Source: a virus (Duplodnaviria; Caudoviricetes). From it: DNA of 64,000 nt. Location: positions 243,778 to 307,777 of the IMG/VR virus record IMGVR_UViG_3300032233_002382; one strand, written 5' to 3'. Position 1 is the first letter of the stretch. Every line of letters starts with the position of its first letter. The notes beneath the pieces are model-generated. The model had not been told where the DNA came from. It saw nothing but the letters and a program-made list of their open reading frames with translations, and did not search any database. Below, one piece after another: positions 38,590 through 48,231 of the stretch. The translations under genes were made by a program, and so were the position numbers.

Positions 38590-38636
38590 AATATGAATGA
38601 ACTCGCCTGAGTCCCCCAAGCGAGTTCATTCACATT
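38590..38636 (-). terminator. hairpin after ORF 38661..39365
   Basis: aatatgaatgaactcgc / gcgagttcattcacatt (one mismatch). Confidence 0.55.
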
Positions 38637-38660
38637 GAAATGCACTTTAAATGCAAAGTA

Positions 38661-39365
38661 TTACATCATTGAAATCGAGCGGAGTGCTTCTACAACGGCT
38701 TGTTCGGCGGTTAAATCACCACCCTCAGCGTCATTCGGGTCGGTTAGCGGAAGTGACTGATAATAATAGTTGCTATCGTCGCCACCTGCCCCGCGCCACA
38801 CTGCTACCTCTCCTAATATTTCTATGGCGTTTCTAGGACTCGCTTTAAGATGCCTGATCATATTGTTTACAAGTGCTTTACCCTTGCGACCAGTACCGTC
38901 ACCAACGTGCTCATCATTCGTGAGTATGACATCGAACCCAGATCCATCTGTTTCAAGGGTCGTGTCTTCAGAAACGCTGGAAGCATTTACACAATCAACG
39001 TAGTCTTTGGATGAATATATGGCATTAAGCATAGGTTCTTCTACAGTAAACATATCGAAATCCAAGTCCTCCCTAAGGTCATCTAAATTAAAACCGCTAA
39101 CGTGCTCTGATTCCATATCATGACCGGCTATTTCTAAGGAAATCTTCCGAACAAATGGCTGACCACGAAACGTTCCAGTAACATGGAAATCTGGATACGC
39201 GTCAGAACCCCCAACTCTCTGAACAGCAGTAATCACCACATCTGAGGCAAGCGCAGCAACCATTCGACGCAGATCAGAAAGCACCAGATCGCGCCTTGGA
39301 GTTTTGGAGGATTCCAAGGCGGCTGCAATGCGCTTCAGTCCTAATGCTAATTCTTTAGGTGACAT
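38661..39365 (-). CDS. hypothetical protein with shared N-terminal LKRIAAALESS..P.R.LV..LR module
   Basis: N-terminus aligns with ORF 18734..19267; AAGGAG SD. Confidence 0.65.
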   Translation of the reverse strand: MSPKELALGLKRIAAALESSKTPRRDLVLSDLRRMVAALASDVVITAVQRVGGSDAYPDFHVTGTFRGQPFVRKISLEIAGHDMESEHVSGFNLDDLREDLDFDMFTVEEPMLNAIYSSKDYVDCVNASSVSEDTTLETDGSGFDVILTNDEHVGDGTGRKGKALVNNMIRHLKASPRNAIEILGEVAVWRGAGGDDSNYYYQSLPLTDPNDAEGGDLTAEQAVVEALRSISMM

Positions 39366-39409
39366 GTAGGCTCCTTATATGAACTTACTATATCAGAAGT
39401 TTAAGCACA

Positions 39410-40231
39410 TTATTCCATCGTCAAAATCTGCGCGTCGCCGCGATCTCTAAACTGCGGAAGTGAGACTTCGTGGAGGATGTTGAAGTGTTTGTCACTAATA
39501 GCGAAGAACACGGTATAATATTTTCCATATCTTGAGTTATTTACTGTCACTCTCAAAGCCTCGTCTGCAGACTCGAGTTCTTTCTTAGCAATTTCGAGTT
39601 CTTCTGCTGACGATTTTACATCGTCATTAGCTATACCATGCTTAATAAGCATGGCTACACGCGTGTGTTTTTCCCTTATCTCTTCCTTAATAAGTTCTTT
39701 TATCTTATTCAAAGCGCGAAAGAATCGATGTCTAACCCGACCCTGGGTCAAACCCATTTGTTTTGCTATTTCTGACTGGCAGGTAGTTTCGTACATTCTC
39801 CAAAGAATTTCTCGATCCTGATCTGAGAACTTCGGACCTAACTCGACATCAAAATCGCGCTTCTCTAATTCCGGAATCGTTCTGAGAAACTGGATGCGTT
39901 TAATTCCTCGATGAAGACGATAAGAAACGGCCGCTTGAGTGATTCTAAAAAGCTTTGCGATTTGCTCTTGCTTCATACGGTCTTTATAATATAGCTTTAT
40001 AAGATCAGACTCACGGGCTGGAATTCGCGCTAAAAACTTTTCTATCGAATTATAATCTAGTGCCGCAGTGCCACTAACAATAGTATCGGACAAATCTTCT
40101 TCGCTATCTGGAGCGAACGACTTCTCGATAAAATCGTCAATATTATCTCCATAGAGACTATTGCCCAATTGATACCGGTTGCTGAATCGACCAGAAATCG
40201 ACGACGGGTCTTGAATAAGAATATGTGACAT
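39410..40231 (-). CDS. transcription factor with two tandem sigma-70 region-4-like HTH domains
   Basis: IPARESDLIKLYY...KQEQIAKLF.ITQAAVSYRLHRG and FSDQDREILW...QSEIAKQMGLTQGRVRHRFFRA. Confidence 0.7.
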   Translation of the reverse strand: MSHILIQDPSSISGRFSNRYQLGNSLYGDNIDDFIEKSFAPDSEEDLSDTIVSGTAALDYNSIEKFLARIPARESDLIKLYYKDRMKQEQIAKLFRITQAAVSYRLHRGIKRIQFLRTIPELEKRDFDVELGPKFSDQDREILWRMYETTCQSEIAKQMGLTQGRVRHRFFRALNKIKELIKEEIREKHTRVAMLIKHGIANDDVKSSAEELEIAKKELESADEALRVTVNNSRYGKYYTVFFAISDKHFNILHEVSLPQFRDRGDAQILTME

Positions 40232-40307
40232 TGATCTCCTTAAGAAACCATGAAGGGTGATTTAAATTTAGTCTAGTCTAGGAGATCTACCGAACTATAC
40301 AAAACGG

Positions 40308-41210
40308 CTAAATATCTTCGAATATAGAACTGTTAATGCTCAAGATTTCTTGATCCTGACCAGAATATTTTACCTGCTTCTGACCCTTTGCGCAATACGA
40401 AGCCAAGCTCGGTAAAAGCTCGAACCCTACTATTTCATAATTTAGAGTCAACTGATCCCTTGAAGACGTAAGACTTTGTTTCTCTTTATCAGTAAGCCAG
40501 TCAGGTAACTGGTCGAGCATGGCTTGCGGAGATTCAAAAGCAGCAAGTTTCGAAGCAGTTGATTTCCTTAATCGATATACCCCTTTAATATTATCCGACG
40601 AGTCGCCACAAAGAGTTTTAAACATGCGTACTTCTAATGGATGGATCCGGGGGTGCTTGCCCTTATCGAGCCTACCCCATATATCCATCGACACTTCAGC
40701 GTCGACAAAATTAGAAGGATAACTTGGCTTAAAAATGATTATTCTCGGATCAGAAAGCAATGAAAAGAAATCTTTATCTTCGCTAATGATAATACGAACC
40801 GTATTATCATTAATCGCACAAAATGAAGCGATTAAGTCATCAGACTCATGATGCTTACTATGATATATATCGAACCCGGTGTCTAAAAGAGACTTCATTA
40901 GACTATCTAAAAAATCAGTGGAATCATTAAATACCAAATTTCCAGATTCTCTTCCAGCCTTGTAAGACGGATATAAAGAAATGCGATGACTAGAGATCCC
41001 ATCGAAAAACACGCTTACAGTCGAATAATCTCTTATTTTTGAAAGATAAGAGCGAACAAGAGATAAGAATCTATCATTAACTAGTGAGATAGACCTGCTT
41101 TCATCATGGGGGCTAAAGTCGTGCTTTACGGAATGAAAGGCCTTATGCAGAATATTATTCCCATCTATAAGCACATGTCTAACTGTCTCGAGACCGCCGA
41201 TTTTTCTCAT
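40308..41210 (-). CDS. 5'-3' exonuclease / flap endonuclease (PolA N-terminal type)
   Basis: LIDGNN, VFFDG...R..YP.YK..R, ESDDLIAS, SEDKDF and GDSSDNIKGV motifs. Confidence 0.9.
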   Translation of the reverse strand: MRKIGGLETVRHVLIDGNNILHKAFHSVKHDFSPHDESRSISLVNDRFLSLVRSYLSKIRDYSTVSVFFDGISSHRISLYPSYKAGRESGNLVFNDSTDFLDSLMKSLLDTGFDIYHSKHHESDDLIASFCAINDNTVRIIISEDKDFFSLLSDPRIIIFKPSYPSNFVDAEVSMDIWGRLDKGKHPRIHPLEVRMFKTLCGDSSDNIKGVYRLRKSTASKLAAFESPQAMLDQLPDWLTDKEKQSLTSSRDQLTLNYEIVGFELLPSLASYCAKGQKQVKYSGQDQEILSINSSIFEDI

Positions 41211-41746
41211 GGAATCTTTACTACATAGCTCGAAGGGTAGTCCATCAATACGGGTTTAGAAGACAACTGAAGATTTAATTGTACCTTATCACCATTATCG
41301 TAGACAGCCGAAATGATACCGGTAAGGTTCTTGAATGTTCCCTTTAATACCTTCACCTTATCGCCCTTTGCAAACGATCCTATTTTAAGAGCGTCAGTTC
41401 CAGACTTCAGTGGTCTAATTTTATCATCTGAAAGAAGAGCGTAGTTTTCTCTGTTAGACTTCAGCACTAATTCGAAATAATTGGTAGCATTCAGTTTATT
41501 GTAGTTGATACCCGGTCTAAACTCCACAAAGATGTATCCGTCCATATAAAACATGGTCTGCATATCTTCACGTACTTTTTCAGAAATCGCAGGAATAAAT
41601 ACATTCAGAGGCACTTTAAGTATGCGATGAACCGCCCTGACTATGTGGTCGAGGGATTTCTCATGCTCCCCATTCGAAGACAGCTGTACAACAACCCACT
41701 GATTTTTTAAAGGGTCAGGCTTACTTGAACCTGTCGAGGAAGGCAC
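41207..41746 (-). CDS. nusG: NusG/RfaH-family transcription elongation factor (NGN + KOW)
   Basis: WVVVQ...G.E, FIP, GYIFVE and KOW F.KGDKVKV..G.F....G.I. GTG start at 41746 with AGGAG SD; the ORF-track start at 41854 overlaps dnaX. Confidence 0.8.
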   Translation of the reverse strand: MPSSTGSSKPDPLKNQWVVVQLSSNGEHEKSLDHIVRAVHRILKVPLNVFIPAISEKVREDMQTMFYMDGYIFVEFRPGINYNKLNATNYFELVLKSNRENYALLSDDKIRPLKSGTDALKIGSFAKGDKVKVLKGTFKNLTGIISAVYDNGDKVQLNLQLSSKPVLMDYPSSYVVKIP

Positions 41747-43091
41747 GAGCAAACTCCTGTTCAGACATAGGCATTTTGTGCCTATCATACTGTACGACAG
41801 GAGTCGATTCCTCAGAAATAACGGTCGGACCCCTAGATGGGGTAATTTTATCATGAAGCGCTGTGATACGCTCGTCCGAATTAAACTTCACACCTTCAAT
41901 ATCGATGGTCTTAGGTTTCGGTAGCGGTTTAGGAAGTGCAACTGTCTCAGGCCTTATGTCTATCTTCGTAGCCTCTTGAACCGGTGCAAGTGCTGCTTTA
42001 GATGAAGTATTCGATTCGACCGCATCGATCTTAGTAGGAATCTCCGAGGCAGGTCTAGACGGAATAGATGGAGCATAGACAGCCTGAGGCTCATTGAACA
42101 GTATGAATTCAATGTCTGACCAGGTGATCACTGAACATTTACATAGCTCGATACCAACCGAGTAAAATCTATTATAATTCTTTGTATCTATGAAGTTAGG
42201 GGTGTCTACCTCACATTTAACGGACCGATATCGCCTTATGGCTTGATTTAAAGCATTAACTATATACTCTCTTGCTACAGATGCACTCTCCGACACTCTT
42301 AGACGGTCGAACAAAGAGTACTTACTGCCGGATTCCGATGCCACGGAAACAAGCACGTCCCTTACTAACTTGCGAACACTAGCGTTGGTCACATGTTCAA
42401 GCCCAGAATGGTCTACCTCACCCAGATCAATTAACAGAGCCAGCGAGTTCAAAACAGACCTAGGGTGTGAATGGTGAAAATCAATAAGAGTTTTCAGTGC
42501 ATCTGGGTTAAATTTAACATTCTTATCATTACAAATGTTCATACAACGATTAAGCAGTAAATCTGAAGGCGGCGGTTTTACAGCAAACTCATCCAAGCGG
42601 TCCCGTAACGCAGGTCGTATCTTAGAGGCTTCAGTCGTACAAGCGATAATAAAAAGTCTTCTATCTTCAATCGACTTAAGAAGCACATCTTGAGCCCCAG
42701 CGCTAATCCGATGAGCCTCATCCAAAATAATAATATTCGCAGCCCCATCCAAAGAGTTGAAATCGCTGTCATCGACAAAAGATCTTATACGGTCGATAGA
42801 ACCATTTGAAGCAGCATCGAGCTCTTGAACCGACATATGCCGTTCAGAAAGTATCGAACGGCATATGTCGCATTGGTTACAAGGCTCTCCTTGCACTTTG
42901 GACTGGCATAGTACAGCTCGAGTTACAATACGGGCAAGGCTAGTTTTACCGCAGCCCTTTGGCCCACTAAACAATAGCGAGTGCGACGCTAGCGTGCCGT
43001 TGCGGCTCCGATGCAACAGCACCTGTTTAATAGGGTCATTACCAAGGACCTCAGAAAACGTTCTGGCACGGTATTCTAAATCGAGATGCAT
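41721..43091 (-). CDS. dnaX: DNA polymerase III gamma/tau clamp-loader subunit
   Basis: YR.RTFSEVLG, GPKGCGKTSLAR, C...PCNQC..C, ELDAASN and ILDEAH motifs. Confidence 0.9.
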   Translation of the reverse strand: MHLDLEYRARTFSEVLGNDPIKQVLLHRSRNGTLASHSLLFSGPKGCGKTSLARIVTRAVLCQSKVQGEPCNQCDICRSILSERHMSVQELDAASNGSIDRIRSFVDDSDFNSLDGAANIIILDEAHRISAGAQDVLLKSIEDRRLFIIACTTEASKIRPALRDRLDEFAVKPPPSDLLLNRCMNICNDKNVKFNPDALKTLIDFHHSHPRSVLNSLALLIDLGEVDHSGLEHVTNASVRKLVRDVLVSVASESGSKYSLFDRLRVSESASVAREYIVNALNQAIRRYRSVKCEVDTPNFIDTKNYNRFYSVGIELCKCSVITWSDIEFILFNEPQAVYAPSIPSRPASEIPTKIDAVESNTSSKAALAPVQEATKIDIRPETVALPKPLPKPKTIDIEGVKFNSDERITALHDKITPSRGPTVISEESTPVVQYDRHKMPMSEQEFARAFLDRFK

Positions 43092-43097
43092 TTGATC

Positions 43098-43580
43098 CTA
43101 CTTCGTTTTGAGAATATTCCCAAGCTCTTGAAGAGCCTCATTCCATTTACCGTGACGAAGAGCAATTTCTGGGAATTCTTGGACCTGGGGCGAACGCAAA
43201 GTATATTTCATTTCGCCGGTCTTAGGATCTTCTTCACCCACGCATCTCATCAGCAAGTGGTCAACCAAGGCCACACGAGCGTGTTCGTTCAAGTCATTCC
43301 ACACATCCAGAGCCACGACCATTATGAAGTCGCACTCACCACCACACAGGTGCTTATCCATGGGAGAAGCCTTCTTAACGTATCCTGGAATCTTCTCCTT
43401 CGCTCGCGTTGACGCTTTATTTCGACAGAGAAACCGGAATTTAGCACTGCTAATATACGGGTGATATCTTGAAATTAAAGTCTTTGATATTTCTGCGGAC
43501 GCTTCATGGTCATCGAAAAGTAGAGGGATCGAAACCGACTTCTCTTTAGTGTTACGAACGGCATCATTTTCGGTAGTCAT
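43098..43580 (-). CDS. phage metallopeptidase-like protein (degenerate HExxH)
   Basis: DFIMVV..D.W..L....R.ALVDHLLMRC ... P.VQEF.EI..RHG pattern. Confidence 0.6.
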   Translation of the reverse strand: MTTENDAVRNTKEKSVSIPLLFDDHEASAEISKTLISRYHPYISSAKFRFLCRNKASTRAKEKIPGYVKKASPMDKHLCGGECDFIMVVALDVWNDLNEHARVALVDHLLMRCVGEEDPKTGEMKYTLRSPQVQEFPEIALRHGKWNEALQELGNILKTK

Positions 43581-44305
43581 CGAGATATCTCCTTAAGAAT
43601 TGCGGTTTTGAACTTCAGGTCACCTAATTGCGACCAGAACTCGTTTGGGTCTTTAACCTGACCCCGACTTCCATATTTTACATCGATGACCTCTAAGTCA
43701 TCCTGAAGTGCATCACGAATTGATGAAACACCGTTGCGACCTGCTTCATCCATATCCAAAACGCAGTATACCTTGGTTGCAAATCGCCGAATAAACGACG
43801 TTTGAGCCCGGTTAAGATTATTTGTGAGAATAGACAAACACGGAACGTTTAGACAACGTTCTATGACCAACATATCCGAAGGACCTTCGGCCAAAAACAC
43901 GGAGCTAGAGTTAAATATTCGAAGCACATTCGCCGCGCAACCAAAGAATAATGCTTCTGGTCTGTTAGACAACACGAAAGTATCATATCGTTTATAGGTT
44001 ATATTTCGAGTTTGAATCCCATACACTTCACCGCTGTAGCTCGTTAGCGGATAAACAATGCAGTCACTTTGCCTGAAGCGGTCCGATTCCGAGTTACCTT
44101 TCAACCACAGAGAAAAGCGACAAGCATCGCACGAGCAGTCTGAACCACAATCTTTAGAAAACTCAAAGACATCTGATATGAAACCTACTCTATGTCTTGC
44201 CCATTGTATATCATTAGAACCACGCTTGCGGAGATATGATTGAGCTGATTCATGATTTAATAAATTCTGATGGGCAAAATCAACGAATTCATTTAAAATC
44301 GACAA
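43577..44305 (-). CDS. dnaG: DnaG-type primase catalytic (TOPRIM) core, no N-terminal zinc-binding domain
   Basis: YLRKRG, IVYPL...G.V.G...R, LAEGPSD and LDMDEAG motifs. Confidence 0.8.
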   Translation of the reverse strand: MSILNEFVDFAHQNLLNHESAQSYLRKRGSNDIQWARHRVGFISDVFEFSKDCGSDCSCDACRFSLWLKGNSESDRFRQSDCIVYPLTSYSGEVYGIQTRNITYKRYDTFVLSNRPEALFFGCAANVLRIFNSSSVFLAEGPSDMLVIERCLNVPCLSILTNNLNRAQTSFIRRFATKVYCVLDMDEAGRNGVSSIRDALQDDLEVIDVKYGSRGQVKDPNEFWSQLGDLKFKTAILKEISR

Positions 44306-44918
44306 ACGACATTCCTAGTTTAACATTGTGCACCAAAACACTACACTTGCCGTTGTGAAAGGATGTGCTAAGACCTACAAAATCGGGACGAGAAAGAAAT
44401 ACCGGCAATGAAACATCAGCTCGAGATATTTTGCAAATCTGTTTATATACATGATCGTCAGACAGATTAAACTCAGAAGTAAAGCTAAAATCCTTAGGAA
44501 TCAGAAGTGTGTGAGGTTGCGAAGTTGAACCACTTACATCTTGAATGTAATCGAAAGCCTCAGCGAAGCTTTTAAACCGATTAGGCCAACCCTGCGAACG
44601 AGACAAGTCATATGCCAAATCGAATATCGGCCTCAAAAGGTCATCATAGTTCGCATCTTCATGTACGAAGACTCCGCTGCGCAGTTTTGAGTCAGGAGTA
44701 AGCTTTTTAGAAACTAAAAATTTTCCAAGCCGAGTGGAGCTTACAATGCACGGCAAAAAGTCAGGGTGAGCAGGAGTTTCTATCCAAAGAGGAGTTTTAG
44801 CATTATCCTTCGGTTTATGTAAGTCTTGGTCAAAAATTTTAAAATAAATCGACATCACCCAAAGACTCGTAATAAGCTGGAAGCTAACGCAGCCACATAG
44901 CGTTTTATAGAAGGCCAC
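44289..44918 (-). CDS. hypothetical protein
   Basis: ORF in the operon; probable start near MSIYFK. Confidence 0.5.
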   Translation of the reverse strand: MAFYKTLCGCVSFQLITSLWVMSIYFKIFDQDLHKPKDNAKTPLWIETPAHPDFLPCIVSSTRLGKFLVSKKLTPDSKLRSGVFVHEDANYDDLLRPIFDLAYDLSRSQGWPNRFKSFAEAFDYIQDVSGSTSQPHTLLIPKDFSFTSEFNLSDDHVYKQICKISRADVSLPVFLSRPDFVGLSTSFHNGKCSVLVHNVKLGMSFVDFK

Positions 44919-45370
44919 ACACCTGACGGGAAGAGATGGTAACGGTCATTTAAAGTCCACTGAAGAGCTGCAATGTCCGGATATAACTGTATAGTCACTT
45001 TGTCATCAGATATTATAGAATCGAATTCGGATTCCAATGATATCTCTGAAACTCTAGGTTTAAACATTGGACATTCCCTAGAAGTCGATTCACTGTCACA
45101 TATATCCCCGTTCCATGTTTTAGGACTCGATGAACCGTAAGTACAAAGCCTGACGCTAGATGGAACTGTCATCACTACTAAGGAAATCGATGATCGGGGA
45201 GCCAGTATCTCATCAGGACTGGATTTGATTGAAAAATCTTCGCCTGGAGCATGCACGATATTGTAGAAGCAATTCTGAGGTAGTTTATCTAGTCGATTCG
45301 CTATATACCTCGACTTGTGACGTTTTACAAGCTTCACAAGTCTGGATTCGATCTGATCTTTGGATTTCAT
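44855..45370 (-). CDS. hypothetical Cys-containing protein
   Basis: 171-aa ORF. Confidence 0.5.
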   Translation of the reverse strand: MKSKDQIESRLVKLVKRHKSRYIANRLDKLPQNCFYNIVHAPGEDFSIKSSPDEILAPRSSISLVVMTVPSSVRLCTYGSSSPKTWNGDICDSESTSRECPMFKPRVSEISLESEFDSIISDDKVTIQLYPDIAALQWTLNDRYHLFPSGVWPSIKRYVAALASSLLRVFG

Positions 45371-45378
45371 ATACCACT

Positions 45379-46008
45379 CTACGACTTAAGCGGTTTTAAA
45401 TGCAACGAGTCGGTCTTCACTCCCTCATAGGACGTGTGGGAATGAGCCAGGAATTCAGGGTTATGGGTAACCATAAGGATATTTATCCCAGTGTCCTCCG
45501 ACAAACGCCTCATGAACTCTGCGGCGTTTGGAACATAAGCATTTGCAAGCGCTACCATAGACTCGTCTAAGATAAGTAAGTTGCTCATTTTCATTTTTTG
45601 CATTATGGCCAAACGCAAAATCAAACTAATAACCACAGCAGCTCCGCCACCGAAACTATTGAGGGGATCGCCAGCGACTCCAGATTCCTCCACACTAAAC
45701 CGCATCGAAAGACGGTTATACTTTGATTCCTGAACAATATTAAACTTCAATGATTGATCAGTAATAATGTGAGCTAGACCAGTAGTAGCCAGATCCGAGA
45801 TGCTGGTTACATTTGAAGCAATAGAATCTTCTAACCATTTCTTAAATATTTCAGCGCTTTTAGCGTAAAGATCAGCATCATATCTAAGAGACTTTATCTC
45901 CGCTTCCACATCTGACATTTTCTTTGTCAGCAATTCTCTATAAAGCACCCCTTTTTCAAGCTGTCTTTTAAAGATATCATATCTTGACGACAAACTTTGA
46001 TTAATCAT
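45379..46008 (-). CDS. sbcC: SbcC/Rad50-like ABC ATPase, C-terminal half only
   Basis: Coiled coil, signature-like SFGGG, Walker B LLILDES and H-loop MVTHN; no Walker A. Confidence 0.75.
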   Translation of the reverse strand: MINQSLSSRYDIFKRQLEKGVLYRELLTKKMSDVEAEIKSLRYDADLYAKSAEIFKKWLEDSIASNVTSISDLATTGLAHIITDQSLKFNIVQESKYNRLSMRFSVEESGVAGDPLNSFGGGAAVVISLILRLAIMQKMKMSNLLILDESMVALANAYVPNAAEFMRRLSEDTGINILMVTHNPEFLAHSHTSYEGVKTDSLHLKPLKS

Positions 46009-47099
46009 TTCGACCTCATGCTTTTTATATAATGCTTCGTGGTAACATCACCGAAAGTCTGAGTTAAAAGCATAACGTCGGAAATGTTGCTGCCTAGAAA
46101 CGCTATTTGCAGAGGACCATCGCCAAATGACTCCGATAAGTCCAAAAGCAACTTTATGGGAAAATCGGCAGAGAAAGGTACAGACTCGGAGGTGGAAAAA
46201 ACCTGGACTAGTTCTTTATTGTTAGAGAGAATCGATAGGGCCTTACCATCATAGCTAATCGTAACTCTTGAGGTCCCCTCGACCGTCATCCCTGCCCATT
46301 TGACAGACTCCTTGAATTTTTCGGTATCGATCAGGAATGTCGAATTCATAATACCAAGATCAATATCTGAGTAAACACTGCGATTTGATTGAGTCTTTAA
46401 AAGAATTAAATAAGACCCGGAGTCTGGATCTACAAGATAAAAGTGTTTCATATCCTGACCGATCTTAACCACTGAAGAACAATCGGCCAGAAACGCGCGA
46501 ATAAATGGTATATCTGCACTAATCAAGCTAGCATCAAAGTCGAGAGCGGACCAGACACTGGTCGAAGCAAAATATCTTGCATTCGCAACAGCGGCACGAT
46601 TTGCGCCGTAGAAATGGACTTGATTAACCCTCATATCTTCATCGGTCTTCGTCGATTTCACCAAAGACGCCGCTGACATGGTGCGAAGTACGAAATCAAA
46701 AGCCTTCCGGTCTAAAGACAGGAACGAGGAAGCATCCGGCGGCCCAGGAAGAGTCGGTCTCTTCGAGCTATCCGATCTTGTCTTAAATGATGCAGACCTA
46801 TTTGACCCGTCTAACTTTATCTTGAAACTGCAAGAGGCTTCTGTAACATTAGCTGAAAGCTCATCACAAGATGTCTCTAGAAGCACGATTCTATCTAAAG
46901 GAATAAAATATTCACGTACCTCAGACTGGTCGGCAGTGGTCTTAATGCGAGATACAATTGACCGACGCCTATCGTAGGACCACAGTAAAGATTCCCCATC
47001 CTTAAAATATAAGGAATAGTCATTTAGATGTGGCTTAACTATTTTCGCACGCCTAACAAATCGCTTGAAGGCTGATGGATCAAATACATGTTTACTCAC
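46005..47099 (-). CDS. dnaN: DNA polymerase III beta sliding clamp (divergent)
   Basis: 364 aa with a three-domain alpha/beta pattern, next to dnaX and dnaG; little exact motif conservation. Confidence 0.55.
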   Translation of the reverse strand: MSKHVFDPSAFKRFVRRAKIVKPHLNDYSLYFKDGESLLWSYDRRRSIVSRIKTTADQSEVREYFIPLDRIVLLETSCDELSANVTEASCSFKIKLDGSNRSASFKTRSDSSKRPTLPGPPDASSFLSLDRKAFDFVLRTMSAASLVKSTKTDEDMRVNQVHFYGANRAAVANARYFASTSVWSALDFDASLISADIPFIRAFLADCSSVVKIGQDMKHFYLVDPDSGSYLILLKTQSNRSVYSDIDLGIMNSTFLIDTEKFKESVKWAGMTVEGTSRVTISYDGKALSILSNNKELVQVFSTSESVPFSADFPIKLLLDLSESFGDGPLQIAFLGSNISDVMLLTQTFGDVTTKHYIKSMRSK

Positions 47100-47380
47100 T
47101 CGATCTCCTTCAAGAGAGGCTTCATTTGCTCTTCCGCATGAACAAGGTCTGCTTCAAATACGTCGAGCTTAACTGAAAGCACCTCTTTCAGCTTCTTGAT
47201 GTCTTCAGCTAAAGTATCAGGGTCGAAACCCTGCTTCCGACATTCGTCCATAGCCTCACGCAAAGCTCGCTTTCTGACCGACAGCTCAGCTTCGATCTTC
47301 ATCTTAGATTTCATAAGCTCATCGCGTTTGGAAGTTAAACGCTTGTGCTTCGCTTCTAGAGTTTCTGCAATATCGGACAT
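47096..47380 (-). CDS. small coiled-coil protein
   Basis: Heptad pattern across 94 aa. Confidence 0.55.
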   Translation of the reverse strand: MSDIAETLEAKHKRLTSKRDELMKSKMKIEAELSVRKRALREAMDECRKQGFDPDTLAEDIKKLKEVLSVKLDVFEADLVHAEEQMKPLLKEIE

Positions 47381-47388
47381 ATCGGCTC

Positions 47389-48231
47389 CTAAATAGACTC
47401 AAGCGTGAAAATAGAGTCAGTTATATTGTTATTGGACTTCTTACTGGATAGATATTTCTGTCCGTCGTCGCACAGATGCCTAAAATTACACCTATAGCAG
47501 TGTCCTGATGCAAGTGGCTCAAAGTGCTTAGACTTGATGTTCGACACTACTTCAACAGTCTTTGACCACTCTTTCTTCAAGTCATCACCAGAGTATGAAA
47601 TCCAAGTAATCGGATTGTCCGGGAAGTGCCAAAATATGAACCCAATCCGAACCGGTGCTGTGTGATATTTAGCATAATGCTGTAATGAATACCACAATAG
47701 CTGAGTAGTGTCGACATATTTATCTCGATATTTACTGGCTTTCCCATCGAGAATTACTGGACCAGAAGGTTCATAATGAATAAAATCAGCTCGACCTACT
47801 AACTTAATTTCATTACCACTTTGATCCGCGTGTATTACGGTTAAGTCTACTTCAGCAAGACTGTTATCGGTTAATAAACGGTTCTGTCTTATGATCTCAA
47901 CTCCACTCGGTACATATTGCTTCATCAATCCTAGAAGTTTCAAATCATAAGACGGGTCAGAGCCCTTAATGAACTGCTCATTAATATAAGTTTGGTTTAT
48001 GGCTTCCGGTATTAGCCTTAAGCATTCTTGGACTGGATCGGGCTTTTGCCATATCTTTTGCGAATAAAACCATTCAAACACTAAGCCAATAGCCGAACCA
48101 AACATCGTGTCTCGAGGGTCATGCTTTGGTTTCTCCTTTAAAATATACCTAAAATAATATGATTTTGGACAAGAAAGATATAACTTGCGAGCACTATAAC
48201 TAATGCTAAAGGTGGGAGAAGTATCAATCAT
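47389..48231 (-). CDS. PD-(D/E)XK RecB/AddB/Cas4-like exonuclease
   Basis: SYS....YLSCP..YYF.Y, G.A.G, GRADFI, ILDGK, QL.WY and C-terminal C..C.F...C. Confidence 0.85.
   Translation of the reverse strand: MIDTSPTFSISYSARKLYLSCPKSYYFRYILKEKPKHDPRDTMFGSAIGLVFEWFYSQKIWQKPDPVQECLRLIPEAINQTYINEQFIKGSDPSYDLKLLGLMKQYVPSGVEIIRQNRLLTDNSLAEVDLTVIHADQSGNEIKLVGRADFIHYEPSGPVILDGKASKYRDKYVDTTQLLWYSLQHYAKYHTAPVRIGFIFWHFPDNPITWISYSGDDLKKEWSKTVEVVSNIKSKHFEPLASGHCYRCNFRHLCDDGQKYLSSKKSNNNITDSIFTLESI

Noticed and set aside
41747-41854. N-terminal extension of the NusG ORF
   Set aside because: It overlaps the dnaX 3' end; a GTG at 41746 with an AGGAG SD is the better start.
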